From Octopus sinensis (lineage: Eukaryota), in NCBI RefSeq assembly GCF_006345805.1, contig NC_043003.1, positions 64,790,001-64,854,000 on the forward strand: a DNA stretch of 64,000 bases, written 5' to 3'. The notes beneath the pieces are model-generated. The model was not told the origin of the DNA. It saw only the letters and a program-made list of their open reading frames with translations, and ran no database searches. This document shows, one piece after another, positions 14,067 to 27,592 of the stretch (position 1 is its first letter; each line of letters starts with the position of its first letter). The position numbers and the translations under genes are program-made.

Positions 14067-14329
14067 AAGAGACAGACAGATAAATAGAAATATATGTATA
14101 TACATATGTGTGTCTGCCTATAGGCGTGTGTTTGTGTGAGCATGTAAGAATGCATGTATATGGTCTATGAAGGTATACATATGCATATTTATACACACAC
14201 ACATATATATTTCTCCTCTACCTGGTCAAGTTTAAATCTCTTGTGTACTACGAAGTGCATTCTATACGGAGAATATCTGTCTCTCATCTATTATCTACAC
14301 ACACACACACGCAGACACACACACACGCA

Positions 14330-14414
<85 letters not shown>

Positions 14415-14721
14415 ACCTATCTCACATGTTCACCATAAAGAACAATTTACTTCATTTGCATATTTAGCAACAGACCTGTCGTATCTACCTTCGCTTCCTC
14501 TAGACAGAACAGCTTTATCTCGCCAATTCCATCTCTGCATTTCTATTAAATAAACTGATTGAATATAAAAGCGACTGGAACACACTTGACACTTTTATCG
14601 AATTGGTCTTCTGAAGTCGTTAAGAAAATGGTCAGCTCAGAATTAAATTCCTGTGTTCCTTTAACCAATCTTTTATCTTTTACTTGTTTCAGTCATTGGA
14701 CTGTGTGGTCAAGCTGAGGAA

Positions 14722-15272
14722 CAGAGCCGTCGCTAAAACCACAGCATGTTGATGAGTCATCTATTTACTTTGGTTAAGATGGTGAACAAGAATTAAGCTA
14801 TCCATGTTAACTGAAAAGTTCAAGAAATAAAATGGTAATACATTGTATCAGCAAAAGTTCTTGTAAAAATATTACATTGTACTACGAATGTGTACCAGAC
14901 TTTGTGGATTGTTTATGATATCTATTGAATACGAACTTAGATCTCAGCTTGATTATTCTGAACTGATCGATGATTTCGGGTAGGGAAACGTGCGCCATGT
15001 TTGTCTTTGAAAATTGCCTGGATTATAAAAATGCTCTTTTATTCATTCATATCTGGAAGTTTTACCTATTGGAATTTGTAATAGACCTAAATGAATTTAA
15101 CTTGTACTTTTAAAGATGTCCTTTAGGATAACGTGAGATATTGAACTTCAGATAGAATAAAGTAAAATATAGCTTTGAATTAAAGGTGCGTAGATTATGA
15201 ATTTTGATTGAAGGAATGAGGTCTAAAAACAAAAAGTTGCAGGGAGCCTCTAACAGTCACGCGACGGAGCTG
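14722..15272 (+). mobile_element. Non-autonomous hAT element retaining a dimerisation-domain remnant, inserted in a SINE A tail
   Basis: TIRs cagagccgtcgc / gcgacggagctg and 8-bp flanks ctgaggaa / ctaaggac. Peptide RLCGLFMISIEYELRSQLDYSELIDDF. Confidence 0.7.
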
Positions 15273-15300
15273 CTAAGGACAACACCTTAACATCTTTAGT

Positions 15301-15425
15301 CTAGGGGTTCTCAACTGGGTTTTATATGGCACTCGTGGGACCATACAAGCTATTGTTGTTAAAATTGGTGCAACAAATTTGTTACATTTCTTCAATACAC
15401 AAAATATTTGAACAATTCCAAACAA
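15301..15425 (+). mobile_element. hAT-Charlie-like MITE fragment
   Basis: Starts taggggttctcaac. Similar to 51359-51714 and to fragments near 15825-15930, 57115-57215 and 58225-58490. Confidence 0.55.
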
Positions 15426-15432
15426 AATTTTA

Positions 15433-15629
15433 TTCTTTTATTTGTTTCAGTCATTTGAGTGCGGCCATGCTGGTGCAGCGCCTTTAGTCGAACTAATCGA
15501 CCCCAGAACTTATTCTTTGTAAGTCTACTACTTATTTTATCGGTCTCTTTTGTCGAACCGCTAAGTTACGGGGACGTAAGGACACCAGCATCGGTTGTCA
15601 AGCGATGTTGGGGGGACAAACACAGACAC

Positions 15630-15670
<41 letters not shown>

Positions 15671-15826
15671 ACGGGCTTCTTTCAGTTTCCGTCTACCAAA
15701 ATCCACTCACAAGGCTTTCGTCGGCCCGAGGCTATTGTAGAAGACATTTGACCAAGATGCCACGTAGTGGGACTGAACCCGGAACCATGTGGTTGGGAAG
15801 CAAGCTTCTTACCACATAGCCACTCC
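15433..15826 (-). mobile_element. SINE family A
   Basis: Family similarity. Internal (TG)n. Confidence 0.88.
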
Positions 15827-15974
15827 AATTATAAAAAGATAATAGGATTTTTTAAACATCGGGTGCCTATTAGGGTCGACCCGGGTAAAATAGGAATCGA
15901 AGGGGTCCTAAGGCAAAAATTGTCGAAGAAATCGATCTCAGTCCTTAGTTTTTGAATTTGACCCTTAATTTTAA

Positions 15975-16009
<35 letters not shown>

Positions 16010-16330
16010 AAACACGCACACTATCATTTACTGGAATCTACTTAAACCATTAGGTCAACTCAACATAGGCGTACGTATAAACCTTATGTGTTTGGGCAAG
16101 GTCTATCGAATTTTGAGTAAATGTGTAAGAGACCCAACGCTGGATATGGATGGAATAAAGAATACTATACGTATGATGACATTTTCGATAATGTGATGGG
16201 TTCTCTCATCGATTCTGATCGATAAATATCTGGCTATTTGATCAAATGAACAACTCATTTTAGTTATCCTGTGAAGTGTGTGAGAATTCTATACACACGT
16301 ATACCCTGAACGTAATTCGCTGATAGAATT

Positions 16331-17135
16331 AAGCGGCGAGCTGGCAGAATCGTTAGCATGCCGGGTAAAATGCTTAGTAGTATTTCTTCTGATTCTACGT
16401 TCTGCGTTCAAATTCCGCCGAGGTAGGGGCAGACGAAATACCTATTTCTTTACTACCCACAAGGGGCTAAACACAGAGAGGACAAACAAGGACAGACAAA
16501 GGGATTAAGTCGATTATATCGACCCCAGTGCGTTACTGGTACTTATTTTATCGACCCCGAAAGGATGAAAGGCAAAGTCGACCTCGGCGGAATTTGAACA
16601 TAGAACATAGCAGCAGACGAAATACCGCTAAGCATTTCGCCCGGCGTGCTAACGTTTCTGCCAGCTCAACACCTTAAAAAAAACACCCCAAAAAAACCAA
16701 AAAAAAACCAAGATATTCCTTTCTACTCTATGGACAAGGCTCCAAAATTTTGGAGTGGGGGCCAGTCGATTAGATCGACCCCAGTACACAACTGGTACTT
16801 AATTTATCGATCTCGAAAGAATGAAAGGCAAAGTCGACCTCGTCGGAATTTAGATGAGAATATATTATTTACTGATTTGTTGAAATTGTTCATGAAAAAT
16901 AAAGATTAAAATAAATGGTAAAAAAAATTGGGTTCCAAATTTTGACACAACTTTTGGGAGGATGGAAACTAATTACATTGACCCCAGTGTTCAACTGGTA
17001 CTTATTTTATCGACCACGAAAGGATGACAGGCAAAGTCGACCTCGGCGGAATTTGAACTCAGAACGTAAGGGCGAACCAAATGCCTCTAAACATTTCGGC
17101 CGCTGTGCTAACGATTCTGTTAGTTTACTGCCTTA
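16331..17135. mobile_element. Cluster of four SINE family B copies (one +, three -)
   Basis: Repeated gaaaggatgaaaggcaaagtcgacctcggcggaatttgaac. Both tail types are present. Confidence 0.85.
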
Positions 17136-17883
17136 ATGCTTGTTCTCGTATTATAATTCCATCGGTACGAGCGTTATAAGCTTTCCTCCAAAATGTTTAT
17201 CAATAATAGCGATTAATATTTAATACGCAGAGCTCGTAACATTTAGCTGGCACATAGAGTGTAAGCTAAAATGGAGATAAATACATTTAATTTGTCGAGT
17301 TCTATTTTGGGTTCATATGTATATTTGGTAACATTCATCCTATACAATGTGTTATAATCGATAGACTTGGGATGCGGTTTCCGGTGAGTTCGGCTGCACA
17401 TGTTGTTTATAAATGCTTCGAAACACAATATAGAACAATTGTAGACACAAAGCATTAACCTTATTGAGTACATATCGATTTGTAACTTAAGTGTGGAATA
17501 AGCACAAAATAAATTACAAAAGAAAACGATTGCTTGTAGGAGACAGCAAGGGTTGGCACGTTGTTAGCCATGACGGAAAGAATGAGGGAAAAAGGCAAGA
17601 AAGTATAACAGACAGACGCTAAAAGGAGAAGGTAAATACAAAGCATGTAAAGAAGTGTGAGGAAGAGAAGTGGTTGAGTATTCCAGAGACATGTTTAACT
17701 TTCATGCACTTTACAAGTAGGATACGCGCACGATAAATAAGAGGAGGATTAACCTTTAAATTACGAGCAAAATGCCAAGCTTTTACAAAAGTTCTGGACA
17801 TCCAAATGCACCCAGAGAATAAATTTAGTAGATAATTTAAACAGGACGCCACGCAGTGAGATCGAACCCAGGAACTCATGATT

Positions 17884-17964
<81 letters not shown>

Positions 17965-18064
17965 TAGTATCAGGGTAATAAAAAATTGTGGTTTGGATTT
18001 TAGCTGTTCTTTCTAGCGTGCAAGGAATCCTATGACGGATACCTCTTATGTGTTTCAATGTACA

Positions 18065-18159
<95 letters not shown>

Positions 18160-18209
18160 TTTGTATACATATGTATTGTTGTGTGTACATATATATACAT
18201 ATATATACA

Positions 18210-18244
<35 letters not shown>

Positions 18245-18246
<2 letters not shown>

Positions 18247-18997
18247 CAATAATAAAAGGGTAAAATCAATTAATTATTAATTAATTTTACCAAGTAGTAT
18301 TCAGTATGTAAGAAGACCATTTACGGTATATTTAAAACATTACGTTATATAATTAGGGTTCAGTAAAATAATTTACTTAACCACACACCGAACTTTTAGA
18401 AATAGCAGCCAAAAAATCTTAGCTATTTCTTCTACTATAAGAAAAATCTCCCAGACAATGTATACTCAAAAATAATTCACACAGGTATGGAGGAAAAAAT
18501 AACAAAAGATCACATGTACATAAGATTACTTGAGAACGTACGTTTCTAGATTAGTTGAATTTAAAGATCAACATTTCCTTCGTCAGCTCAAAGATTTCTT
18601 AGATTTGGATTTGAGAGCACTAAAAATCGAACATACCCGTCTGATATGAGTAATCCCAGACAAACCATCTTCGACCGCCAGTACCAACGAATTCAAAAAG
18701 TACAAGTGAGGCCTTGCATTCCTCCCGGTTCCACCCACGTGAGTTATAGAGTAAACAAATTCCTACAGAGAGAACTGTAGTTAAATATTAGGGAGAGAGA
18801 ATTATATTATCAATAATAAAAGGCCTCACTTGTACTTTTTGAATTCGTTGGTACTGGCGGTCGAAGATGGTTTGTCTGGGATTACTCATATCAGACGGGA
18901 ATGTTCGATTTTTAGTGCTCTCAAATTCAAATCTAAGAAATCTTTGAGCTGACGAAGGAAATGTTGATCTTTAAATTCAACTAATCTAGAAACGTAC
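18245..18997 (-). mobile_element. Penelope-like pLTR relic with 5' inverted copy (178-bp arms 18538-18715 and 18820-18997)
   Basis: Near-perfect inverted arms, 3' end abutting (TA)n, hammerhead inside. Confidence 0.78.
18530..18591 (-). ncRNA. Type I hammerhead motif
   Basis: ttgag CUGACGA a gga..gttga..tcaac..tct a GAAAC gtac GUU ctcaa. Confidence 0.72.
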
Positions 18998-20027
18998 TGC
19001 CTCTAAACGACATATACGCCATGACATTTTTAATCTACACCGTCTACACCCAGCCAACCCGTCTACACCCAGTCCTTAATTATGAGACCTTGTGTCACTG
19101 TTAGACACCACTTATATAAATCACTTCCGCTAATTACCACAAGAGAGCTGTACACGAATCTACGGCGTTTGTATTCATGTCGTAATCTCTTTTGTTGAGT
19201 AAAATATTCCCGCGTGTGTTCTGTCGTTTCTGCTTTAACGGTTTAATCGTCGAAATGGGATTGGGACGGATGCGCACCATTCATCTCACAGTATCACCAC
19301 GACCAATGGTTCTGCTACTAAAAATAATGATTCCAACTGTATCTAACCGTGGTGAAGTGAACCAGCGTGAGTTTAGTGCATTCGTCATGTACACGATGCA
19401 GTGTTTGGTGGCACGATATGCTTCGTCGCCCATTTTGCCGCTAGACCGTAGGCTGGCTATGCATTCAGGCGGTGGCGACTGTCCAGCGCAGTAAATAAAC
19501 CATTCGAATTAACTTGGTTGAAATAAAAACAACAGGGCACATAAACTAATGGTTTCTCTGGCACAAATATCTGTATGTATTGTTGTTGATGTTTTTACTG
19601 GACAAAAGATCTTTGTACTTTAGTAGGAGAAGGGAATTTTGTGAATCTCGTGTCTTTCTTAGGTTTTAACCGGTGTGAGTATCGTGAAAGAGCCTCAACT
19701 GGGAATCAAACTGTTTTCAGTCTAGAATTGGCTGAGTTTTTACCACATCCAGTAAAAAAAACTGATTAAGAAAATTAAGCCAATACAAACTACTTATAAA
19801 AGAATTGGGTTGTTATATTAGTTCGTTCGTTTTTGTTTTTCCATTGTTATATTATATCTGAAAAGAGGTAAGATTTATTCATACTACAAAAGCAATAAAC
19901 AAAAGTTGTGGAAGGAAAGGAGATTGACAAAAAAGAAACCTCCATAAAACACAACGGTAAAATTTACTTTTCATTTTAATTTAAATAACATCGAAAGTAT
20001 TGAAGTAAAATTCTTTCGTTCTTCCAT

Positions 20028-20360
20028 TCTTTTACTTGTTTGAGTCATTTGACTGCGGCTATGCGGGATAACCACCTTTAGTCGAATAAATCGCCCCCAG
20101 GACTTATTTTTTGTAAGCCTAGTACTATTCTATCGGTCTCTTTTGCCGAACCGCTCGGTTACGGGGACGTAAACACACCGGTTGTCAAGCGATGGTGGGG
20201 GATAAACACAGACACACAAATACACACACACACACACACATACACGCACACACACACACACACACATACACATATATATATATGTATATACGATGGGCTT
20301 CTTTCAGTTTCCATCTACCAAGTCCACTCACAGTGCTTCGGTCGGCCCGAGGCTATAGTA
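20028..20360 (-). mobile_element. SINE family A, head truncated
   Basis: Family similarity. Confidence 0.85.
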
Positions 20361-20417
20361 AAAGAAAAACAACAAAAGAACGAATTTATCTGACCATCTA
20401 GTTTAAAGACCAGTATT

Positions 20418-20790
20418 AAGGTAGCGAGCTGGCAGAATCGTTACCACATCGGAAAATGTGCTGAGCGGCATTTCGTCCGTCTTTACGTTCTGAGTTCAAA
20501 TTCTTATTTCTTTACTACCCACAAGGGGCTAAACATAGAGGGGACAAACAAGGACAGACAAAGTGATTAAGTCGATTACATCGACCCCAGTGCGTAACTG
20601 GTACATATTTAATCGACCCCGAAAGGATGAAAGGCAAAGTCGACCTCGGCGGAATTTGAACTCAGAATGTAACGGCAGACGGAAAACCGCTTAGCATTTC
20701 GCCCGGCGTGCTTAACGTTTCTGCCAGCTCGCCGCCTTCTGAGTTCAAATTCTGCCGAGATCAGCTTTGCCTTTAGTCCTTTTTGGTGTC
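20418..20790. mobile_element. SINE B (+) interrupted by antisense SINE B (20504-20736) with 16-bp TSD
   Basis: ttctgagttcaaattc at 20488-20503 and 20737-20752. Confidence 0.88.
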
Positions 20791-20936
20791 TGAACACAGA
20801 AAGTAAAACCGGAAGAAATGCCGCTAAACTTTTTATCAGGTGAGCCAACTATTGTTAGCTTGCTGTTGAAGTAGTAGTAGTAACACCATCTAGCAGCTGC
20901 CGTCTAGAAACTCCACGGTTGTCGTGAAAACTATGA

Positions 20937-21313
20937 TCGTGGCACTCCGTCGGTTGCGACGACGAGGGTTCCAGTTGATCCAATCAACGGAGCAGCCTGC
21001 TCGTGAAATTAGCGTGCAAGTGGCTAGGCATTCCACAGACATGTGTACCCTTAATAATGTTCTCGGGGAGATTCAGCGTGACACAGAGTGTGGCAAGGCT
21101 GGCCCTACAACAGAAACAGGAAGAAAGAGTGAGAGAAAGAATACAGCAGGGTTCGCCCCCCCCCCCTGCCGGAGCGTTGTGAAGCTTTATGTGTTTTCGC
21201 TCAATAAACACTCAGAACGCCCGGTCTGGGAATTGAAACTGCGATTCTACGACCTAAGCACTGGGCCATTGCGCTGGGCTAGTCCGCTGCTCTAAGCACT
21301 GGGCCATTGCGCC
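20937..21313 (-). mobile_element. SINE family C (tRNA-like head, tail ...ggaaccctcgtcgtcgcaaccgacggagtgcca)
   Basis: Head matches 46021-46173. Tail matches 27284, 36010 and 46337 copies. Confidence 0.8.
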
Positions 21314-21390
21314 ACGAAAAGTACGGTAGCTGGAAGTTGACATAAAACCATGCAGCACATAATTTCTTATGAATTTCTGTCTTTTGGGAG

Positions 21391-21449
<59 letters not shown>

Positions 21450-21539
21450 ACACCTTTGAAAACTATATTATTTGTTAAATACTTATGGGCTGCTATTATT
21501 AAGACATCTTTCTGTCACGATATGTTCCATTTCAAAATA

Positions 21540-21957
21540 CAGTAATCTCTCCTCATATCATGGTTCACTTATCGCGGTTTATTATTTAAACTTACATCGA
21601 TTCCTCCGTAGTGTTGTTTTGCATTTATAATAAAATATATATATATATAATTTATAAAATTAATAAAATATATATATATATCTATATATAAACCGATGCT
21701 GGTGTGTTTATGTCCCCGTTACTTAGCGGTTCGGCAAAAAGAGACCGATAGAATAAGTACTGGGCTTACAAAAGAATAAGTCCCGGGGTCGAGTTGCTCG
21801 ATTGAAGGCGGTGCTCCAGCATGGCCGCAGTCAATTGACTGAAACAAGTAAAAGAGTAAAAGAAAGTATAGTACAGTACTGCTTCTTATTTCGCAGATTT
21901 TCACCTATCGCGAGGTGGTTTTGGAACGTAACATCCACGATAGTCGAGGAATTACTG
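21540..21957. mobile_element. pogo/Tigger-like MITE containing a SINE A tail (21692-21863)
   Basis: TA|cagtaatc ... gaattactg ends. Second copy, reversed, at 62059-62262. Confidence 0.65.
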
Positions 21958-22834
21958 CAGTTAAGTATTGTCTGGAGGTGAATTAGCTGCTATTTCTAAC
22001 TGGCATCAAGATAATGGATGTCGATTATTGGTTGTTGGTACCAAGAATACTCTCAGTTACAGAGCAATTGAAGCTTCTATATCTACCCCTGCCGTTCACG
22101 TTCAACTTCTTTTAAGAAACGTTTCTGCGGATCTCATATAAACTGTCACTTGTCTCAGAAAATAACAATACAAATATCCTACACCACTTTATCGTTCAAA
22201 CAGAGCATATAATGAGCCTGACATGATTTTCCACGTCAAAAATGACAATAGTGTTTTAATAATTGACATAGCTAGCAATATCGAATGACTAAAATGTTAC
22301 GCAGACGCCATCTAACTTCTATCTCAGGAATTACACGGACTTAGCAATTAAATTAAAGATATTACGGTATTAGAGAAATATGTCAATCATTCCATTTGTA
22401 ATTGGTAAAACAGGAAGGATACAAAATCATTTCTGTGGAGACACAGACTGGTTTTCATTTAAGATTAAGTATAAAGTTGCACGTTACATGTAGAAGAATG
22501 GATTTCAAAGAAAGTTGTGAAGTACAGCGTCGGCAAACAGTTTTACGTACAATTTTTAAACGACAGAATAGGTTTTATGCGGTGAGAAAGTAAAACGTAA
22601 TTCCTGGCAAAATTATTTGTGGCAGGAAAAGAAATACCAACGGACAAATACAAAGACAAATACAGAGACATACATAGATAAACACATACTCAATGTGCGC
22701 GCGCACCCACACACACATATACATACATGCATACATATACACATGCATATATATACATGTGTGTATGCATGTATGTATATGTAGTTATGCATATGTATGT
22801 ATATTTATGTACATATATTTTTTTAATAATATAT

Positions 22835-23260
22835 TATTATTAATATAAGGAAATTAATATCCAAACTCACCATAAAGATATACCCGTGTGAAAATACTTA
22901 TTGTATCAAATTTATATATAAATAAATAAATATAAATATATATAAAAATATATGTAAATATGTATAAAATAAAATGTATAAATAGATTTGTTAGTTTAAA
23001 AGTTTTGAATTAATTATTTAAATCATCTTACGATCGTTTCACAGAAGAGTTGTCCCTATATTGAAATCCTATATTGATTAGCATTTATAGACAACTCTTC
23101 TGCTCTTCAGAGATATAAAATGTGAATATTATATAATTTCTCGAATGATAATTTTAAAAAAATTTGAAATAAAACTGTAAAATGGTGTTTGTTTGAAATA
23201 TAAATTAAAAATAAACAATTACTACTTTTGATAAGTCTTTAAATCCATATATACTTCCTT
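22835..23260 (-). mobile_element. AT-rich Penelope-like pLTR relic
   Basis: Contains a canonical hammerhead. The 3' end runs into AT microsatellite. Limits uncertain. Confidence 0.55.
23025..23114 (-). ncRNA. Type I hammerhead ribozyme motif, canonical core
   Basis: atct CUGAAGA gcagaagagttgtc...gacaactcttctgt GAAAC gatc GUA agat, with a 14-bp helix II. Confidence 0.85.
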
Positions 23261-23689
23261 AGTTATTCTTCATTGCATGCTCCAATAACTTCACTCCTCT
23301 ATGCGCCCCACAACTCATCGCACTCATATAATTATGACGCGAAATTCTCTCCCTTTGCTTTAACTTCCCCACTCTCTCTCCCTCTCACTCTTCCTCATCT
23401 CTCTCTCAGCCGCGTGTCTTCCTCTCTCTCTCTCTCTCTCTCACTCCTCCTCATCTTTGTCACTGCTAGCCTAAACCACTTCCTTTTGCACGCTGCTTTC
23501 AACCTGGAAAGTCATGTTTCCATGCGCTGCTAGGACATCTTCCGTCTAAGCCAGAAAAAAGGCCTTTTCGTTTGTTTTTCTCGTTTGTTTTCTTGTTTAT
23601 TTTGATTTCTCGTATTGTATTTTCTTTGTATTTCTCGTTTTGTATTTTCTTGTACATGTATTTTTATCTTGTATTTTATCATGCAGTTT

Positions 23690-24030
23690 TATTGTTACGT
23701 CCTGTTTGTGTTACATTTTTTCTTGCTTGGTTTTACCCCTCTGTGAGGTAATTTTATTTTAATTCTCTCGCAGGAAGACCTAGTTTTGACGAGTCGTGTC
23801 CTGTCCTGCCTTCGAAACACGCTTGAGTCTACTAGCGACAGCTGGTGATTGGGGATTTTTCCTTGTGTAGTATGTCCTGTACTTTGTTTTTCTGTTGTAA
23901 AAAAATGTTTTTTTCCGTTTTCGTTTCTCGTCCAGTTCCACGTCTCTGTTTTTCTGTTGTAAAAAAATGGCTTTTCCGTTTTCGTTTTTCGTTGAGTTCT
24001 ACGTCTAGTTGTGGTGTCCTGCACTCACGT
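23690..24030 (+). mobile_element. T-rich repeat ending at (TA)n, homologous to 47100-47290
   Basis: Shared cagctg(a/g)tga..ggggatttt..gtcctgtact and terminal tgtggtgtcctg.actca. Confidence 0.6.
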
Positions 24031-24129
24031 ATATATATATTTATATATGCATGTATATATACATGTAGATGTAGGTACGTACATATATGTTTGTATGTAT
24101 GCATATTTTTATTTATTACACTATATATA

Positions 24130-24237
<108 letters not shown>

Positions 24238-24324
24238 ACATATGCATACACACACACGCGCGCGCGCGCACACACACACACACATACGTGTGTATGGGTT
24301 TCTGTCTGTGTTTGTTTGTCACTC

Positions 24325-24912
24325 GCCACCGCTTGACGACTGGAGTCGGTTTGTATATGATACATGACGAAGCTATTCAGCGAAAGAGAGCGATAGAATA
24401 AGCAGTAAACTTTAAAAAGAAAGCACTAGGGAAGTGAGTCAATTTTTTATACTAGAATCTTTCAAGGCAGTGCCCCAGCAGAGCCCCAGCAGAGCCCCAG
24501 CAGAGTCACAGTCCAATAACTGAAATAAGTAGATAGTAAAAGAGAAATATATAATGAATCACGTGATTGCATTTATTCAATGTATTAATAAATCCGTGTA
24601 CGACCGAGAACTGCGGCGAATTATTTATAACTTTGAAATCTGATATATAAGCTATTGTGCCCGCTTAATTGAAAATTGTTTTGATAGGCTTATTGTTAAT
24701 TAATGGGCCTATTTGATGTGCCTATTGTTAGTATAAAACAAAATAGTCATCATTAGATTTAGCCGTGACTGTGTAGTTGCTTCCCAACCACCTGGTAACA
24801 TTCAAATCCACTGTGTTGCACCTTGATCAAATGTCTTCAGCTATAGCCCTGGGCAGACAAAAGCCTTGTGATTGGATTTGGGAGACGGAAACTGAAAGAA
24901 GCCCGTCTTATA

Positions 24913-24974
<62 letters not shown>

Positions 24975-25665
24975 TACATACATATATATATGTATATATA
25001 TATATATGTATATATATATGTATGTTTATACATGTATCTCTCTCTCTCTGTATATATATATATATATATATATATGTTCTTTTATTCCTTTACTTGTTTC
25101 AGTCATTTGACTGCGGCCATGCTGGTGCACCACCTTTAGTCGAACGAATCGACTGCAGGAGGTACTCTTTGTAAGCCTAGTACTTATTCTATCGGTCGCT
25201 TTAGCCGAAACGCTAAGTTACAGGGACGTAAATACACCAACATCGGTTGTCAGTTGATATATATATATATATATATATATACTCTGAGCTTCTTCCAGTT
25301 TCCTTCTACGAAATCCACTCACAAAACTTTGGTTGGCCCGAGGCTATAGCAGAAGACACTTGGCCAAGGTGCCACGCAGTGGGACTGAACCCAGAACCAT
25401 GTGGTTGGGAAGCAAGTTCCTTACCACACAGCCACGCCTGCGTCTATATATATATATACGTGATGCGTTTGTGTTTGTGTCTGTATTTGTCATTTGTCCC
25501 CCGAAACTTAGCGGTTCCGCAAAAGACACCGATAGAACAAGGACCAGAATTATAGATAAAATAAGTACTGGATTCGATTCATTCGACAAAAAATTCCTTA
25601 AGGCGGTGCCTCAGCATGGTCGCATTATAATGATTGAAAAAAAACAACAGATAAAAGATAAAAAT
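24325..25665. mobile_element. Cluster of SINE A pieces: tail + (24325-24545), head + (24760-24910), full - (25080-25443), tail + (25465-25665)
   Basis: Family similarity. Confidence 0.8.
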
Positions 25666-26199
25666 AATATAATGATGATGACGATGATAATGATAACGCT
25701 GACAATAGTTCCGCCTACCAATAACAAAACCGCAACTATCAGCCACAACAAAATGATAATTACAATAATGATGATAAATATAATCATATTGTTGAAGCTA
25801 ATTAGAATTTCTCTTTGAATTAATTAACACCATCTGTATAATCATTGAATGTAATCCTCGCACCGAGGGACCTTTTTTCTTGTCTCTTAATTTTGTTTAA
25901 ATCCAAGGATAATCTTTGCTTATAAACGACATAAGTTAATCTTTATGCACCGAATGTGACCGGAAGAATTAGGGCAGCTGGCTTTGTTTTTTGTAAGATG
26001 ACCTCTGCAGTTTGTCTCTATACGGCTCAGACCTCCTTACCTATAATTACCAATTATGACGGAGGCGCAGCTTGCAAGTGGAATCGGAAGACTCTTTTAT
26101 ATTGATCCCTAACTTAGATATAAAGCAACAGATTTGAATGGGTTAAGAGGTCATGTGTTTAAATTAAACAAAAATGAGCAAAGAGAAAAAAATTCAGAG

Positions 26200-27045
26200 T
26201 GGCCATTGGCATAGATTTGAACAACTATATATGCAGATATGTCAATTACCATACAACATATATGGATGTGTCATGATTATCAAATAGTTATTAAAATCAT
26301 CTCCATGTAAGGAGACAGAATCTTAAGATTCAAGGATTCTCCAAAGTTGACATGCCATTAAGAGAAAGAACAGATATATTGTCTTGAGATAAGAAAACAG
26401 TTGAGGGCATATGCTTTTCGCTCAATAGTCACCATCAGCACCATAAAATATGTCCGACCTTATTTCCAATAATCAAAGGAATTACACCTGAGTAAAAAAA
26501 CGACTAGAATACATTTATAGCCTCGGTAGTGCGCATTTGTCTATGAACACATAGAAAAATACAGGTACATCAAATATCAGGTAACATAAATTCTTGATTT
26601 ATTAAAATTATCTCCGCCTTTAGAAGATGTATAATAATTAACAAATGACAATTAAGACCAGTTCCAATGTAGAAGGGAAGATGATCTGAAGATTCAAGAA
26701 TTCTCCAAAGTTGAAAAACCATTAAGAAAAAAGGACACATTTATTGCCTGGAAATAAAAGGACAGTCAGGTAGACGTGTTTGTGGCTTTATATCTTTCAT
26801 CAGCGAGATAGCTGGTTGGACCTTATCTTCAGTAACCAAGGCTCTTAGACATATACAAAACGGTATGGAACACATCTATGGCTTAGGTAATTTGCATAAT
26901 TTAAACAAGAGACACATTTCAGTTTAGAGAAATAACCCAGAATGATCGGTGGCATATATTTAAACAATAGACAAATACAAGGACACCACATATCTCTGCC
27001 TCAAGAGGATGTATCGCAATTGCCAAGTTCCACTTAAGACCAGGT
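26200..27045. repeat. Old tandem duplication, ~365-bp period, about 2.3 units
   Basis: aagattcaag.attctccaaagttga..ccattaaga at about 26326 and 26689; gaccttat at about 26456 and 26819. Confidence 0.75.
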
Positions 27046-27283
27046 CATAGTTCGTGACTGCTGCTATATTTTGTTGGTACTCGGAAGGATGAAAATGAAA
27101 ACTGATTTCGATGGTATTTGAAACGCTAAGGGCCTAAACGCTAAGGGCCTAAAATACTAAGGGCCTAAAAGACCTATGTATTCAAAGATCAAAGAGGGTA
27201 CTTTTTTCACTAGAAATATCAGTTAATTCTCTTACAAATTTCACCCCATCCATCTTAAAAGAGAAAAAAGACATTAGATAATG

Positions 27284-27592
27284 CAACTGGTACTCCGTCA
27301 GCTACGACCACGAGGTTTTCAGTTGATCCAATCAAGGGGACGTGCAAGTGGCTGAGCATTTCACAGACAAGCGTACCCTTAATGTAGTTCTCAGGGAGAT
27401 TCGGCGTGACACACAGAATGTGAAAAGGCTGGCCCTTTGAAATACAGACACAACTCACTTTTGCCAGTTGAGTGAAGTGGAAAAACGCGAAATAAAGCGT
27501 CTTACTCAAAGGCATGACGTGCCGCCGGAAATCGAACTGACGAGCTTATGATCGTGAGCCGAATACCCTAACCACTAAGCCACGCGCCTTCA
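27284..27592 (-). mobile_element. SINE: family C tail with the 12243-type head
   Basis: gaaggcgcgtggcttagtggttaggg head plus family C 3' half. Confidence 0.8.

Noticed and set aside
17240-17860. Possible second Penelope-like C-terminus on the minus strand (RTFVKAWH..Y..R)
   Set aside because: Too short and degenerate to call without a search.
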